Shown: positions 11,815 to 23,040 of the stretch, piece after piece
How positions within the stretch are numbered: the first letter of the stretch is position 1
Layout of the letters: each line of letters opens with the position of its first letter
Assembly: GCF_001194135.2 (NCBI RefSeq)
Contig: NC_068983.1
Location: 124,316,339 to 124,354,883, forward strand
Reading direction: 5' to 3'
From: Octopus bimaculoides
Lineage: Eukaryota
Length of the DNA: 38,545 nucleotides
The notes under the pieces: generated by a model
The model's database searches: none
Told to the model about the DNA's origin: nothing
Seen by the model: the letters and a program-made list of their open reading frames with translations, nothing else
Position numbers and translations under genes: made by a program

Positions 11815-12098
11815 GTACAAGATCTGAAATTTTGGGACGAACGGGCTTTTCGATGACATCAGCCTCAATGCTAGACTAGCACTCATTTTATCCATCACAA
11901 AAGGATAAAAGGTAACGTCGACGAAATTTGAACTCAGAATGTAAAACTGGAAGAAATGCCTCTAAGCATTTTCTTCGGCGTGTTAACAATTCTGCTAACT
12001 CACTGCTTTAGTTATGGTGCTAATAATTATTCCTACAATTGGGACAAGGCCTGAAACTTTTGGTGGGAGCGAGTTGTCGAGTTATTCGATCCCAGTGC
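11815..12098 (-). mobile_element. SINE family B, one degenerate copy plus an adjacent 3' part
   Basis: aaaaggataaaaggtaacgtcgacgaaatttgaactcagaatgtaaa...ctaagcatttt matches 20160-20245. A second gacaaggcctgaaacttt...cgatcccagtg segment follows. Confidence 0.8.
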
Positions 12099-12099
12099 T

Positions 12100-12575
12100 A
12101 GCAGGAAAGGACAAAGCCGGCATTCTGACTGCGTTCGAAATCCGGTATTCATTCAACAACTGATGAACAGGGAGTTAGGTTAATTTCAGACGGCTTTGTT
12201 GCTGCTGAGACCATATATGTGGCCGCAGGATTCGGCTTCTTGCCATACTTCCAGAAAGAGTAAGAAGTGGTTGTCAGAGAATTTCTACGATTTTTTCAAC
12301 CCCAATTAATGGCCTCCTAACCCCAACCCTGATTATATTCCCATAGATTACTATGTGTGGGGGTGCAGTTGAAAAAGATACCAACCGCTCTTCCTGCAAC
12401 ACCAGGGCTGAGCCGGTGGCCAAAATCAAGGAAGTGTTCGAAGAACTTTCTAAGAACACAGTGAGGACCGCATGTGCCATGTTCTGGAACCGTCTTGAGT
12501 GGGGCTACGTTGAGTAAACTGGTATCTTCCAGCCATAATCTAGTTGATATCTTTTGATTTAAAAAAAAAATACTC
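12100..12575 (+). mobile_element. maT-type transposase remnant, internally deleted
   Basis: Reads PYMWPQDSASCHTSRKSKKWLSENFYDFFNPN*WPPNPNPDYIPIDYYVWGAVEKDTN...ACAMFWNRLE. An N-terminal HSDCVRNPVFIQQL piece is joined upstream. Confidence 0.9.
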
Positions 12576-12659
12576 TCATTTTTGTATGGGTTATTGCGTT
12601 TTCTTTTCTTTTTATGTGAATCGTCAAATTTAGCTCAAACGCCATGTACACATACATTC

Positions 12660-12755
12660 GATTATTCTTTTCTATTATAGGCACAAGGCCTGAAATTTTT
12701 GGGGAGGGGGTGCTGTCGATTAGATCGACCCCAGTACACAACTGGTACTTAATTT
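12660..12755 (-). mobile_element. SINE family B, 3' fragment
   Basis: ggcacaaggcctgaaattttt...gtcgattagatcgaccccagtacacaactggtacttaattt. Confidence 0.85.
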
Positions 12756-13141
12756 GTAAATATACTTGGTTCATTGTCTCAACGTTTATATTTGCTATTA
12801 ATAACTACTTTTGAAATTGTTCGCAGTTTATCCCCTGTATTGCTTTTAACTACCGTCCACAGGTTTTATTTATGCTGTATATATTAATAATCTAGAAATG
12901 GAAGATCCTCTGAGTTGGTAACAAGAAAAATTTCTGTTGTAAGATTTTGGCTGGCACTTGGAGTGGAGATTGTGTAACTGTGTGGGTTGTGTTGTGTTGC
13001 GTGATCTGGGAAGCTATGTTTTCGAGTCAGAAATGACTATCACTAATGTTATTGGTACAAAAATGTCATTTTCATTTGGGAGTTAGTGGGTGCATGTGTT
13101 GAATGTTATATGTATATATATACACTCATATCTTACCGGCG

Positions 13142-13144
<3 letters not shown>

Positions 13145-13190
<46 letters not shown>

Positions 13191-13253
13191 NNNNNNNNNN
13201 NNNNNNNNNNNNNNNNNNNNNNNNNNNNNNNNNNNNNNNNNACACACACACAC

Positions 13254-13307
<54 letters not shown>

Positions 13308-13337
13308 CACACACACAATATATATATATATATATAT
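13145..13337. repeat. (TA)n and (CA)n tracts around a small gap (13191-13241)
   Basis: Directly visible. Confidence 0.96.
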
Positions 13338-14219
13338 GAGCATTATTTTGACTGTTGATACGCTTCGTTTCGACCTCGGGTGGTTCACATTTGGAATGAT
13401 ATGAATAGTTATCTCGTAGTTAAGCTTGCATAGCATTCAAGTGAACAAAAGATAACAAAACAATCAAAAGGCTATGTATAAACAAACAATTATAAAATAT
13501 CAAACAAAAAAACACCAACGAAAGCAGTAAAGTTTATGACAAAAATATGATATAGAAAATTATAACGAATATCGATAGTCGTTAAAGAGTAAAAAGAAAA
13601 AAAATCTAAAATACTTAAAAACAAATATAGAGCAAAATTTCGTTAATGCTTTTTCTGGAAGTGTGCAATAAAAGTCAGTGTGAGCCAGAACTACCAATAT
13701 TATTATTTTTAATATACTTAAACTTAAGCCTAATTGAGGTAAATTGCCGGGTCAGTAAGGTGTCCGACATTAAAGTACTAATCGATATTTTATTGACGAC
13801 TTGAAAAATTAATAAAAAAGACAGATGGTACAAGAATATAAGAGAAAAATAAATAACTAAACAAAAACCTCGTAGTTTCATTAGAAGCAAAAATCATTAT
13901 GCAAAAATCAGCATAAACTGGAAGTAGCTTAATTATCGTTTAGCTATATACACGGAAAATAGGGTATCTGGTGATGCCAGTAAACACTCATACAGTAAGC
14001 TTGCAGCAACTGGTATCATAACTACTGAAATTGCAATTATGAATATCGCAAATTAGGCGTACTTGAGTTTCCTCCCTTTTATGCTTGATTTGCGGATCGA
14101 TATTACATTTGCATTTGCTTCCTATCGAACTGCCTTATATGATCTAATTAAGCTGGAGAAAAGTAATACTGATCTGTTAATATGCTTAATATGTCCATCC
14201 ACATACCCACTATACACAT

Positions 14220-14268
14220 ACACGCGCACACATACACACACACACGCACGCACGCACGCACGCACTCA

Positions 14269-14319
<51 letters not shown>

Positions 14320-14796
14320 NNNNNNNNNNNNNNNNNNNNNNNNNNNNNNNNNNNNNNNNNNNNNNNNNNNNNNNNNNNNNNNNNNNNNNNNNNNNNNNNN
14401 NNNNNNNNNNNNNNNNNNNNNNNNNNNNNNNNNNNNNNNNNNNNNNNNNNNNNNNNNNNNNNNNNNNNNNNNNNNNNNNNNNNNNNNNNNNNNNNNNNNN
14501 NNNNNNNNNNNNNNNNNNNNNNNNNNNNNNNNNNNNNNNNNNNNNNNNNNNNNNNNNNNNNNNNNNNNNNNNNNNNNNNNNNNNNNNNNNNNNNNNNNNN
14601 NNNNNNNNNNNNNNNNNNNNNNNNNNNNNNNNNNNNNNNNNNNNNNNNNNNNNNNNNNNNNNNNNNNNNNNNNNNNNNNNNNNNNNNNNNNNNNNNNNNN
14701 NNNNNNNNNNNNNNNNNNNNNNNNNNNNNNNNNNNNNNNNNNNNNNNNNNNNNNNNNNNNNNNNNNNNNNNNNNNNNNNNNNNNNNNNNNNNNNNN
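14220..14796. other. (CA)n/(CACG)n tract followed by an assembly gap (14320-14796)
   Basis: Directly visible. Confidence 0.97.
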
Positions 14797-14964
14797 ATCT
14801 ATATATGAAACAGAAGCAGTCTAAGATTAAAATAGTCATCTGTGTACCATACTTAATGTTAACGTATCGCAAAAGCAAATTAACTGCAGCTTTCATCCGG
14901 AAATAATCCTTGTTATGGACACACTGTATCTAAAAGTAGAATATACATCACAGGCAGATGAAAA

Positions 14965-15617
14965 TCGTCCTATCAGGTGGTTGTGAGGATGCTTAGAACT
15001 GTGGGTCTCGAAGCAGATAAAACTTGTAAATATTGTAGAACGTCTATCATGTTTACAGGAATTATGGTTTCGAGTCCCAAAGGACTGCATCGAGATTTAC
15101 CGTTCTCTAAAATCAACATCCAGGTCACAACAAAGGAATACAAGACTGGAAATTCATAGGTGCTTCTACTATATGCTGATGATCTTGCCCTCGTAGCACA
15201 ACCTGTAACCGAATCAGAAAAGAAATTCCAGGTGTGGAAACAGAACCTGGAATCAAGGGGTCTTAAAGTAAACTTAGCAAAGACCAAGGTCTTAGTAAAC
15301 AAAGAATTGGACAGGACTCTTCGCCCTTCCGGTAAATGGCCCTGCTCGATATGCAGGAAGGATATAGGTAGAAATTCCATTCGGTGTACCCAGTGCAAGC
15401 TCTTGACACACAAGTGGTGCAGTGGAATAGTTGGAAGGTTAACAGAAAAAGTCGCGTTCGTATGTGGAAGATGTACGGAAGCCATAAAGACCACAGATAC
15501 AAAAGAGCCATAAAGACCACAAAGGAGACCGCGCTAGTTTTGTCACATGATGCAGATGGATGAGGACAGTTGTGTAAAGAACTACCGAGGGAAGTTGTAG
15601 AAGAGGGAAACCCAGGA
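14965..15617 (+). mobile_element. RTE-clade LINE reverse-transcriptase remnant with embedded PHD-type finger
   Basis: GLHRD...EYKTGNS*VLLLYADDLALVA...LESRGLKVNLAKTKVLV, then a C4HC3 motif, then after a deletion RRPR*FCHMMQMDEDSCVK...RGKP (RWFGHV region). Confidence 0.92.
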
Positions 15618-15978
15618 TTCTTATTCATTGTTGCTTCTCCAATAATCTGGAAGAAGCTTGGTGTAGTGACTTCATTTGGATGTCACTTTGGTTTAATAAT
15701 TTTGTCACATGTTATATGTACGATTCTGAAATGAGTTGTCTGTTAATGGTTTTTGACTATTTAAACTGTTTTTTTTCTTAGTTCCATTTAGCAGTAATCT
15801 TAAACAAGCTATTTTGCCTTGTTTCTCTCTCTCTCTCTCTCTCTTTGTTTTGCCTTGATAGAAAATCAGTTCCCTTTTCTATCTTGAATCATAAGTTATG
15901 TTGATCTAAATGAAAAATCATTAGTCAATTGCTACTTCCGCCAGTTTAAAAACTCGTGTTATTTGCTTTTATCTGTCT

Positions 15979-16632
15979 NNNNNNNNNNNNNNNNNNNNNN
16001 NNNNNNNNNNNNNNNNNNNNNNNNNNNNNNNNNNNNNNNNNNNNNNNNNNNNNNNNNNNNNNNNNNNNNNNNNNNNNNNNNNNNNNNNNNNNNNNNNNNN
16101 NNNNNNNNNNNNNNNNNNNNNNNNNNNNNNNNNNNNNNNNNNNNNNNNNNNNNNNNNNNNNNNNNNNNNNNNNNNNNNNNNNNNNNNNNNNNNNNNNNNN
16201 NNNNNNNNNNNNNNNNNNNNNNNNNNNNNNNNNNNNNNNNNNNNNNNNNNNNNNNNNNNNNNNNNNNNNNNNNNNNNNNNNNNNNNNNNNNNNNNNNNNN
16301 NNNNNNNNNNNNNNNNNNNNNNNNNNNNNNNNNNNNNNNNNNNNNNNNNNNNNNNNNNNNNNNNNNNNNNNNNNNNNNNNNNNNNNNNNNNNNNNNNNNN
16401 NNNNNNNNNNNNNNNNNNNNNNNNNNNNNNNNNNNNNNNNNNNNNNNNNNNNNNNNNNNNNNNNNNNNNNNNNNNNNNNNNNNNNNNNNNNNNNNNNNNN
16501 NNNNNNNNNNNNNNNNNNNNNNNNNNNNNNNNNNNNNNNNNNNNNNNNNNNNNNNNNNNNNNNNNNNNNNNNNNNNNNNNNNNNNNNNNNNNNNNNNNNN
16601 NNNNNNNNNNNNNNNNNNNNNNNNNNNNNNNN
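15979..16632. other. Assembly gap
   Basis: N run. Confidence 0.98.
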
Positions 16633-16819
16633 GTTTCTGCCAGCTTGTCGCCTTACACAGCTTAAATATTGTTATAGATAAGTCTGCATCACAATAATGT
16701 AATAGCTGTAAGAAGTCTTAATCTTTTTTGCTCTTATAAATCATTGGTAAAATTTATTTTCCCTGTTTTTTGAGTTGTCTCTAAATTATCATTTTTCAGA
16801 TATATTTGTAATATTTCAG

Positions 16820-16955
16820 ATTGAGCTAAGGTGGCAAGTGGCATTCTGTCCATCTTTATGGTCTCACTTCAAATTCTGCTGAGGTTAACTTTGCCTTTCA
16901 TCCTTTTGGGATCAATAAAATAAGTACCATTTGAGTACCGGGGGCAATGTAGTAC
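16820..16955 (+). mobile_element. SINE family B, degenerate
   Basis: ttcaaattctgctgaggttaactttgcctttcatccttttgggatcaataaaataagtacc. Confidence 0.85.
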
Positions 16956-16961
16956 TGAAGG

Positions 16962-17355
16962 CTGATCTCAAAATACTGAACCTTACGAAAGAGATGTCAG
17001 AGGACCGAGATATGTGGTGTATTCCTGTACTCAAGAAGACCCGCCCACCACAACAAAAATGAGATACTAAAACCTAGGTGTCTCGTGGAAACCATCGGTG
17101 TGGGTGCTGGCGTCACGTAAAAAGCACTGGTGCCACTTAAAAAGCACTGGTGCCACTTAAAAAGCACTGGTAATGATGCCACGCAAAAATCGCACCCACT
17201 ACACTCTGTGGAGTGGTCGACGTTAGGGAGAGCATCCGATCGTACAAACCAAGCTAAAACAGACTTTGGAATTTGATGCTGCCCCTGGCATTACCAGTTC
17301 CTATCAAGTTGTCAGTATGGAAAACGGACGTTAAATGGTGATGGATGATGATGAT
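16962..17355 (+). mobile_element. RTE LINE 3' end (ORF terminus, 3' UTR and microsatellite tail)
   Basis: KADLKILNLTKEMSEDRDMWCIPVLKKTRPPQQK*, then a UTR ending gtatggaaaacggacgttaaatggtgatggatgatgatgat, an RTE-type (GAT)n tail. Confidence 0.85.
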
Positions 17356-17663
17356 TTTACATTCAAGGAAGTATTAGTTAATTGTAATATTTCACTAAAA
17401 CTGGCTTCACCCATAGAAAGTTTTATTATCATTAACAAAAAAATCTGTTTATATTAGATAGTATAATATGTAGTATAGATACATAGAGTAATTCTCTATG
17501 CATGATGGAACCACTTTTACATATGTACATTGATTGAACTGATTTAGACTTCATATATATATATATGAAGTCTAAAGCAATCAGTCAGTATACATATGTA
17601 ATCAATATATATATATGCATTCACTCAATATACATATGTAGAAATGTATATATAAGACCATTT

Positions 17664-17865
17664 GGGCATTGAGCTGGCAAAATCATTATTGCTTCTGACA
17701 AAATGCTTAGCGGCATTTCTTCTGGCTCTTAACGTTCTGAGTTCAAATGCCACCGAGGTCGACTGTACTTTTAGTTCTTTCGAGTTCGATAAAATAAGTA
17801 CCGGTTATGTACTTGCCCCACACTCCTTAAAAATTGCTGACCTTGTGCCAACATTAGAAAGATTA
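17664..17865 (+). mobile_element. SINE family B
   Basis: aaaatgcttagcggcatttc...ttctgagttcaaatgccaccgaggtcgact...gataaaataagtacc...gaccttgtgcc. Confidence 0.88.
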
Positions 17866-18948
17866 TATATTAAGACCATTATGCATCCCGAAACATTACT
17901 TAGGCTATAGTAAATCCACGTTGTGTTGAGGTGTTTTTAAAACTAATCAGATTTAGACCATTATTGTGCATCCTATCACTCACTGTTATGATTTTGTATT
18001 TATGAATAGTTTTGAATTAATGATAAGGCATATAAATATCGACTTTGCTACTTCAATATACACTTAGTCTCTAGTTTGGTGAAATGCGATTTTATACCGG
18101 TATGACTGATCTTCGAATTTTAATTTTTGTCTAATCAATAACTCTATACCGATAGATTATCATGACTGAATTAACCCTCTTGGTCAATTCACTGGAAATT
18201 CATTAATTGTAGCAGATTTTCTTGATAATAATTCTGTTCCTGTAGAATGATCATATAGTCTAGTGATATTTTTACAAATCTAATAATACATATTCAGAAG
18301 ATTAAGTCACATCGAACTATCCAAAAGTTTCTGTTTCTTCTTGAGTTATACTATTCCATCCTAGTAAGTTCAGTAGAGTAATACCGTGAACCCTGTGAAA
18401 AGAACCGTCAAACGAAACAGTTCAGCCTGTTTCGTGTTTCAGTCAATTATAAGTCTGTTTCAGTCAATTATATAAATTGCCATGTAATTTATATAAATGT
18501 TTCATTGATTAAGCATTTCCAGCCTTATATTTTATATCATTGCTTCAAGAGTGAGTAATAATCTAAAGAAGAAGCTTGTGACTGTATTTGTGAACCAAAA
18601 AATCGGAACTTGCATGGGAGTTAGAAGCTAGTGCTTTGGCGACAAAGGATTGTGAAGAGTATGACGTTTTGGACATACACATGACAAAGGACAAACTCAT
18701 TGTATTTTCATTGGAATATAATGTTGAAGCTAATGCTAAATCATCTATTGGCGAAAGAAGCATATTGAAGTTGTAAAAAATACAAATTTTGAGAAAGCGA
18801 GGAAGTAGTTTATCTTTCAATGATCATGTGATAACAATATCCATGATGTAGAAATTGAAAACGTTAGCTTGAAATATGGGCATCACGAATTTCTAAGCTA
18901 GCAGCGAGTGGAAATGGTGATATAGGAATAACCAGGCAGCACACTGAT

Positions 18949-19008
18949 AGAGGAAATCTAACCAGAGGAAATCTAACCAGAGGAAATCTAACCAGAGGAA
19001 ATCTAACC
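18949..19008 (+). repeat. 15-bp tandem repeat (AGAGGAAATCTAACC) x4
   Basis: Four exact units visible. Confidence 0.97.
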
Positions 19009-19664
19009 ATATTGGTGGTCACTAACTCGGAATACTCAATTTCCGAGGTGATGTTTTATAATACAAATCCACAGTATTATGGATGGACATTACAAAAGAA
19101 TAGAGTCGAAAACAATATAATGCGTTCAAAATCACTGTTTTTAGGTGTCATAAATTACGTAACTCCTTTTGTCTTTAACTTCTTTTTAAAACTTCTTCAT
19201 ATTTATGCTTTCAATATCTGAGATTACAATTCTTCAAATATATACGTAACAAAATCTGATAGAGTTTTCGGTAAAATGTCAAAATAGAAAATTTGCGATA
19301 AAAGTGGTGTCCAACACCCGCCAATATACATATATATTTTTGTAGATTCGTATTCTATGATGCTTAAAACATACACATCCGAAAAAATTTATGCCATATT
19401 CGTGTACTAGATAACTTCCTACTTATTCAAGAATATCTTCTGGATGATATCCTTCATTATGGTCCGTTACTCATTCTAGTATCGTGTTGTGCAATGATCA
19501 TGAATAAGATGTTCAATTATTGAGCAACTTATGGATTTTTTTCTTCCTGAACAAAAAAAGAAAAATATTTTAAAATCATTTCAACATAATCGTGATCTGT
19601 GTCCTCCTCAAAATTTATTAAAAGTGTAATTTTACGCTAAAATGCACCTATGTCTCCGATATTG

Positions 19665-19878
19665 GGTTCAAATTTTGGCACAAGGCCAGCAATTTTGAGG
19701 AAGGGGCAAGTCAGTGTTCAACTGGTAGTTATTTTATCGACCCCGAAAGGATGAAAGGCAAAGTCGACCCTGGCGACATCTGAACTCAGAGAACGTAAAG
19801 CCTGACGAAAAAAAAAACAAAAAAAACACCCCGCTAAGCATTTTTTCCGTGCTAACGCCTCTACCAGCTCGCCGCCTT
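19665..19878 (-). mobile_element. SINE family B with A-rich internal insertion
   Basis: ttcaaattttggcacaaggccagc...ttatcgaccccgaaaggatgaaaggcaaagtcgac...ccagctcgccgcc. Confidence 0.9.
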
Positions 19879-20050
19879 GCCTATGACACAAATACACATC
19901 TGCCAGCGGTTATCTCGGTTTCCTACACACACACATACACACATACACACACACATGCATACATTTATTAATATTTAGCAAAAGTAACACCTTTCTCGGT
20001 ATAGGAATGTGAGCTATTCTTACTTTTCATGCTGCATTATCACCTTCTTA

Positions 20051-20276
20051 TTTCTTTATTGCCCACAAGGGGCTAAACATAGAGGGGACAAACAAGGACA
20101 GACAAAGGCATTAAGTCGATTATATCGACCCCAGTGCGTAACTGGTACTTAATTTATTGACCCCGAAAGGATGAAAGGCAAAGTCGACCTCGGCGGAATT
20201 TGAACTCAGAACGTAACGGCAGACGAAATACCGCTAAGCATTTCGCCCGGCGCGCTAACGTTTCTGCCAGCTCGCC
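20051..20276 (-). mobile_element. SINE family B variant, young copy with target-site duplication
   Basis: Intact body flanked by the exact direct repeat gcattatcaccttctta at 20034-20050 and 20277-20293. Confidence 0.95.
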
Positions 20277-20944
20277 GCATTATCACCTTCTTACAGAGCG
20301 CGTACCTCACTCAGACTGTCTTCACATCGTGAGAGATAGAAAAGGTATGAATTTCGTGCATCTTATCATTCCACTTCGGTATTTTAACTGTAGCAGTTAC
20401 TTTTGTTGTAAGGCAGATGTGTATTTGCATTGGTTGGTAACTTACTGTGCATCTCTTCTACTAATTATGCTTTTGTCTTCCAGAAACATTTGTTTTACCT
20501 GTACACCATTTCCATCAAGTCATTTATCATGTTCTCTAGTCATATTCGCTGTGTATGGGCAGGTTATTGTTAGGTTGTTGAAAGTTGGTCTTTTTTGGAA
20601 AAATTCTGCCGACTATCTTGCACCTCAGGCACACAGAAAATTGCATGTGACACTAACCAACATGATTCAATTATCTTTTGTTGATTATTTTCTTTTTGTT
20701 TTCATTTTAATTATAAATCTCTTAATATTTGTATATACCTACCGATTCGATTTGGGTGAATCTCTTTAGCATGAAGCAAGTAATTAATACCTTATTAATT
20801 TACGCCGTATTATTTCATTATGGAAGGAGAGAAAGAAAGGAAAAATATTTTGGCAAAGAGTAAGGTAGGAAAGAGATAATGAAGGCATTTCACTCGGAGT
20901 TTTTGTTCATAGTGCATTAGCTTTGTGAGCTGTGTGAGTGTGTG

Positions 20945-20947
<3 letters not shown>

Positions 20948-20982
<35 letters not shown>

Positions 20983-21095
20983 GGGAGAGAGAGAGAGAGA
21001 GAGAAAGGGAGAGGGGAGAGAGAGAGAGAGAGAAAGGGAGAGGGGAGAGAGAGAGAGAGGAAGAGAGTGAGAGGGAGGAAGGGAAAGGGAGCGAG
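20948..21095. repeat. (GA)n purine tract with a higher-order unit
   Basis: gagagagagagaaagggagagggga occurs twice within the tract. Confidence 0.93.
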
Positions 21096-21180
21096 AAATA
21101 AACTAAAATGAACTTAAGTATACAGATTGAAAAGAACAATTTGAAGTTATTTTCATTTCTGCGAAAAAACAAAAAAACAT

Positions 21181-21572
21181 AGGTGCTGGAGTGGCTGTGT
21201 GGTAAAGAGTTTGCTTCCCACCCACATGGCTTGGGTTCAATCTCACTGCGTGGTATCTTGGGCAAGTGTCTTCTACTATAACCTTAGGTTGACCAAAGTT
21301 TTGTGAGGGGATTTGGTAGACGGAAACTGAAAGAAGCCCGTCGTATATCTATGTATATAATTATGTCTGTCTGTGTTTGTCCCCCCATCACCACTTGACA
21401 ACCGGTATTGGTGTGTTTACGTCCCCATAACTTAGCAGTTCGACCTAAGGGACCAATAGAATAAGTATCAGACTTAAAAGATAAGTACTGGGGTCGATTC
21501 ATTCGACTAAAAATTCAAGGCGGTGCTCCAGCATGGCTGCAATCTAATAACTGAAACAGGTAAAGGATAAAG
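21181..21572 (+). mobile_element. SINE family A, full length
   Basis: tRNA-like head (ggagtggctgtgtggt...gggttcaatctc), body cttgggcaagtgtcttctactata, central short microsatellite, and 3' module ending actgaaacaggtaaaggataaagg. Confidence 0.93.
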
Positions 21573-21574
21573 GG

Positions 21575-21795
21575 TATATGTGTGTGAGTGTGTCTTTGGG
21601 TCTGTTTTCCCCTTGCCCCATTGCTTGACAACTAGTGTTAGTGTGGCTACGTCCCTGTAACTTAGCGGTCCGGCTCATGTGATCGATAGAATAAGTACCA
21701 GGTTTAAAAAGTATTCTGGGGTCAAGTAAAACTTTTCGGGGTGGTGCCCCAGCATGGCCACAGTCAAATGACTGAAACAAGTAAAAAAATAAAAG
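21575..21795 (+). mobile_element. SINE family A, second 3' module in tandem
   Basis: gcttgacaac...taacttagcggt...gatagaataagtacc...ccagcatggccacagtcaaatgactgaaacaagtaaaa. Confidence 0.9.
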
Positions 21796-22364
21796 AAAAA
21801 GCATGAAACGGTAGATACCAATAAAACTGCAGTTATTCCATGGATCATGACTCTGTTATGCTGTTTATCTGATATTGCCATTGCCACTGATGTGTTGTAC
21901 AAGTAGAGGTTTGCTCGTCCATTTATGCTTATGAGCAATTGTCGTGCATAAATAAAGGAGAATCACAGCTGTTTGGCTGGAATTATTCTATCTCTGTAAA
22001 TTGTTGGTTCAGTGTTCTTTTCTAGAATTTGACGCAAGAGAAATTATTTCTTATTTAATTTGCAATGGTTTCCTTCTTAAATACAATTATTCTTTAAAAA
22101 ATTATTATCCATTCAATATTTATAGTATTCTATATTATAACATCAACCATCTATAATTCACTTACTGGATTATATTAAATCAAAAATAGTCATTTGAAAA
22201 GACTATGGTTTATCGCTAATGAAATATTAACATAATTACAATAAATTAATTAGAAATATGCTGTTTTGTCTGAGCAGATATCAAATGAGTTTTGCATGTA
22301 TCGTTTTAGTTTCTTTGATTTTTGTTAAAAAATGTGAAACCAAATGGATATAAAAAATGGATTT

Positions 22365-23040
22365 ACTTTCAAAATTTGGTAGAGGGTCAGTAATTTTGAG
22401 GGAGGGGATAAGTCAATTACAGCGAACCCTGTTACTCAACTGGTACTTATTTTATCGATTCTGAGGGGATGAAAGCAAAGTCGACCTCAGCGGAATTGAA
22501 CTCAAAATGTAAAAGCGGAGGAAATGCCACTAAGCATTTTTCCGGCGTGTTAACGATATTGTTAGCTCGCCGCCTTGATGAGGGAAAAATATTGACTTCA
22601 AATTTTGGCACAAGGCCAGCAATTTCGAACGAGGAGGTAAGTCGATTACATCGACCCCAATGCTCAATTTATACTTATTTTATCGACCCCGAAATGATGA
22701 AAGCCAAAGTCGACTTCGGCGGCATTTGAACTCAAAATGTAAAGACGGATGAAATACCACTCAGTATTTTTCTTGGCGTGTTAACGATTCTGCCAGTTCG
22801 CTGCCTTGAGGGAAAATATTGGGTTCATATTTTAGCACAAGACCAGGAATTATGGGGAAGAGTGCTAATTGATGACATCGACCCCAGTGTGCAACTGGTA
22901 CTTAATTTATCGACCTCGAAAGGCTGAAAAACAAAGTCGACCTCGGTGGAATTTGAACATGCAGACAGACGAAATTCTGCTAAGTATTTTGCCCGGCATG
23001 CTAAAGATTCTGCCAGCTCGCTACCTTGAGGGAAATATTA
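22365..23040 (-). mobile_element. SINE family B, head-to-tail trimer
   Basis: Three units of about 220-228 bp. Each contains aaagtcgac...gaactc/gaacat and ends ccttga(t)gagggaaa(a)tatt. Confidence 0.92.

Noticed and set aside
18148-18395. Strong minus-strand acceptor (tcttttcacag) suggesting an exon
   Set aside because: All three frames hit stops within 25 codons.
22365-23040. CRISPR-like repeat-spacer array
   Set aside because: Eukaryotic context, the units are homologous SINE bodies rather than unique spacers, and there are no cas genes.
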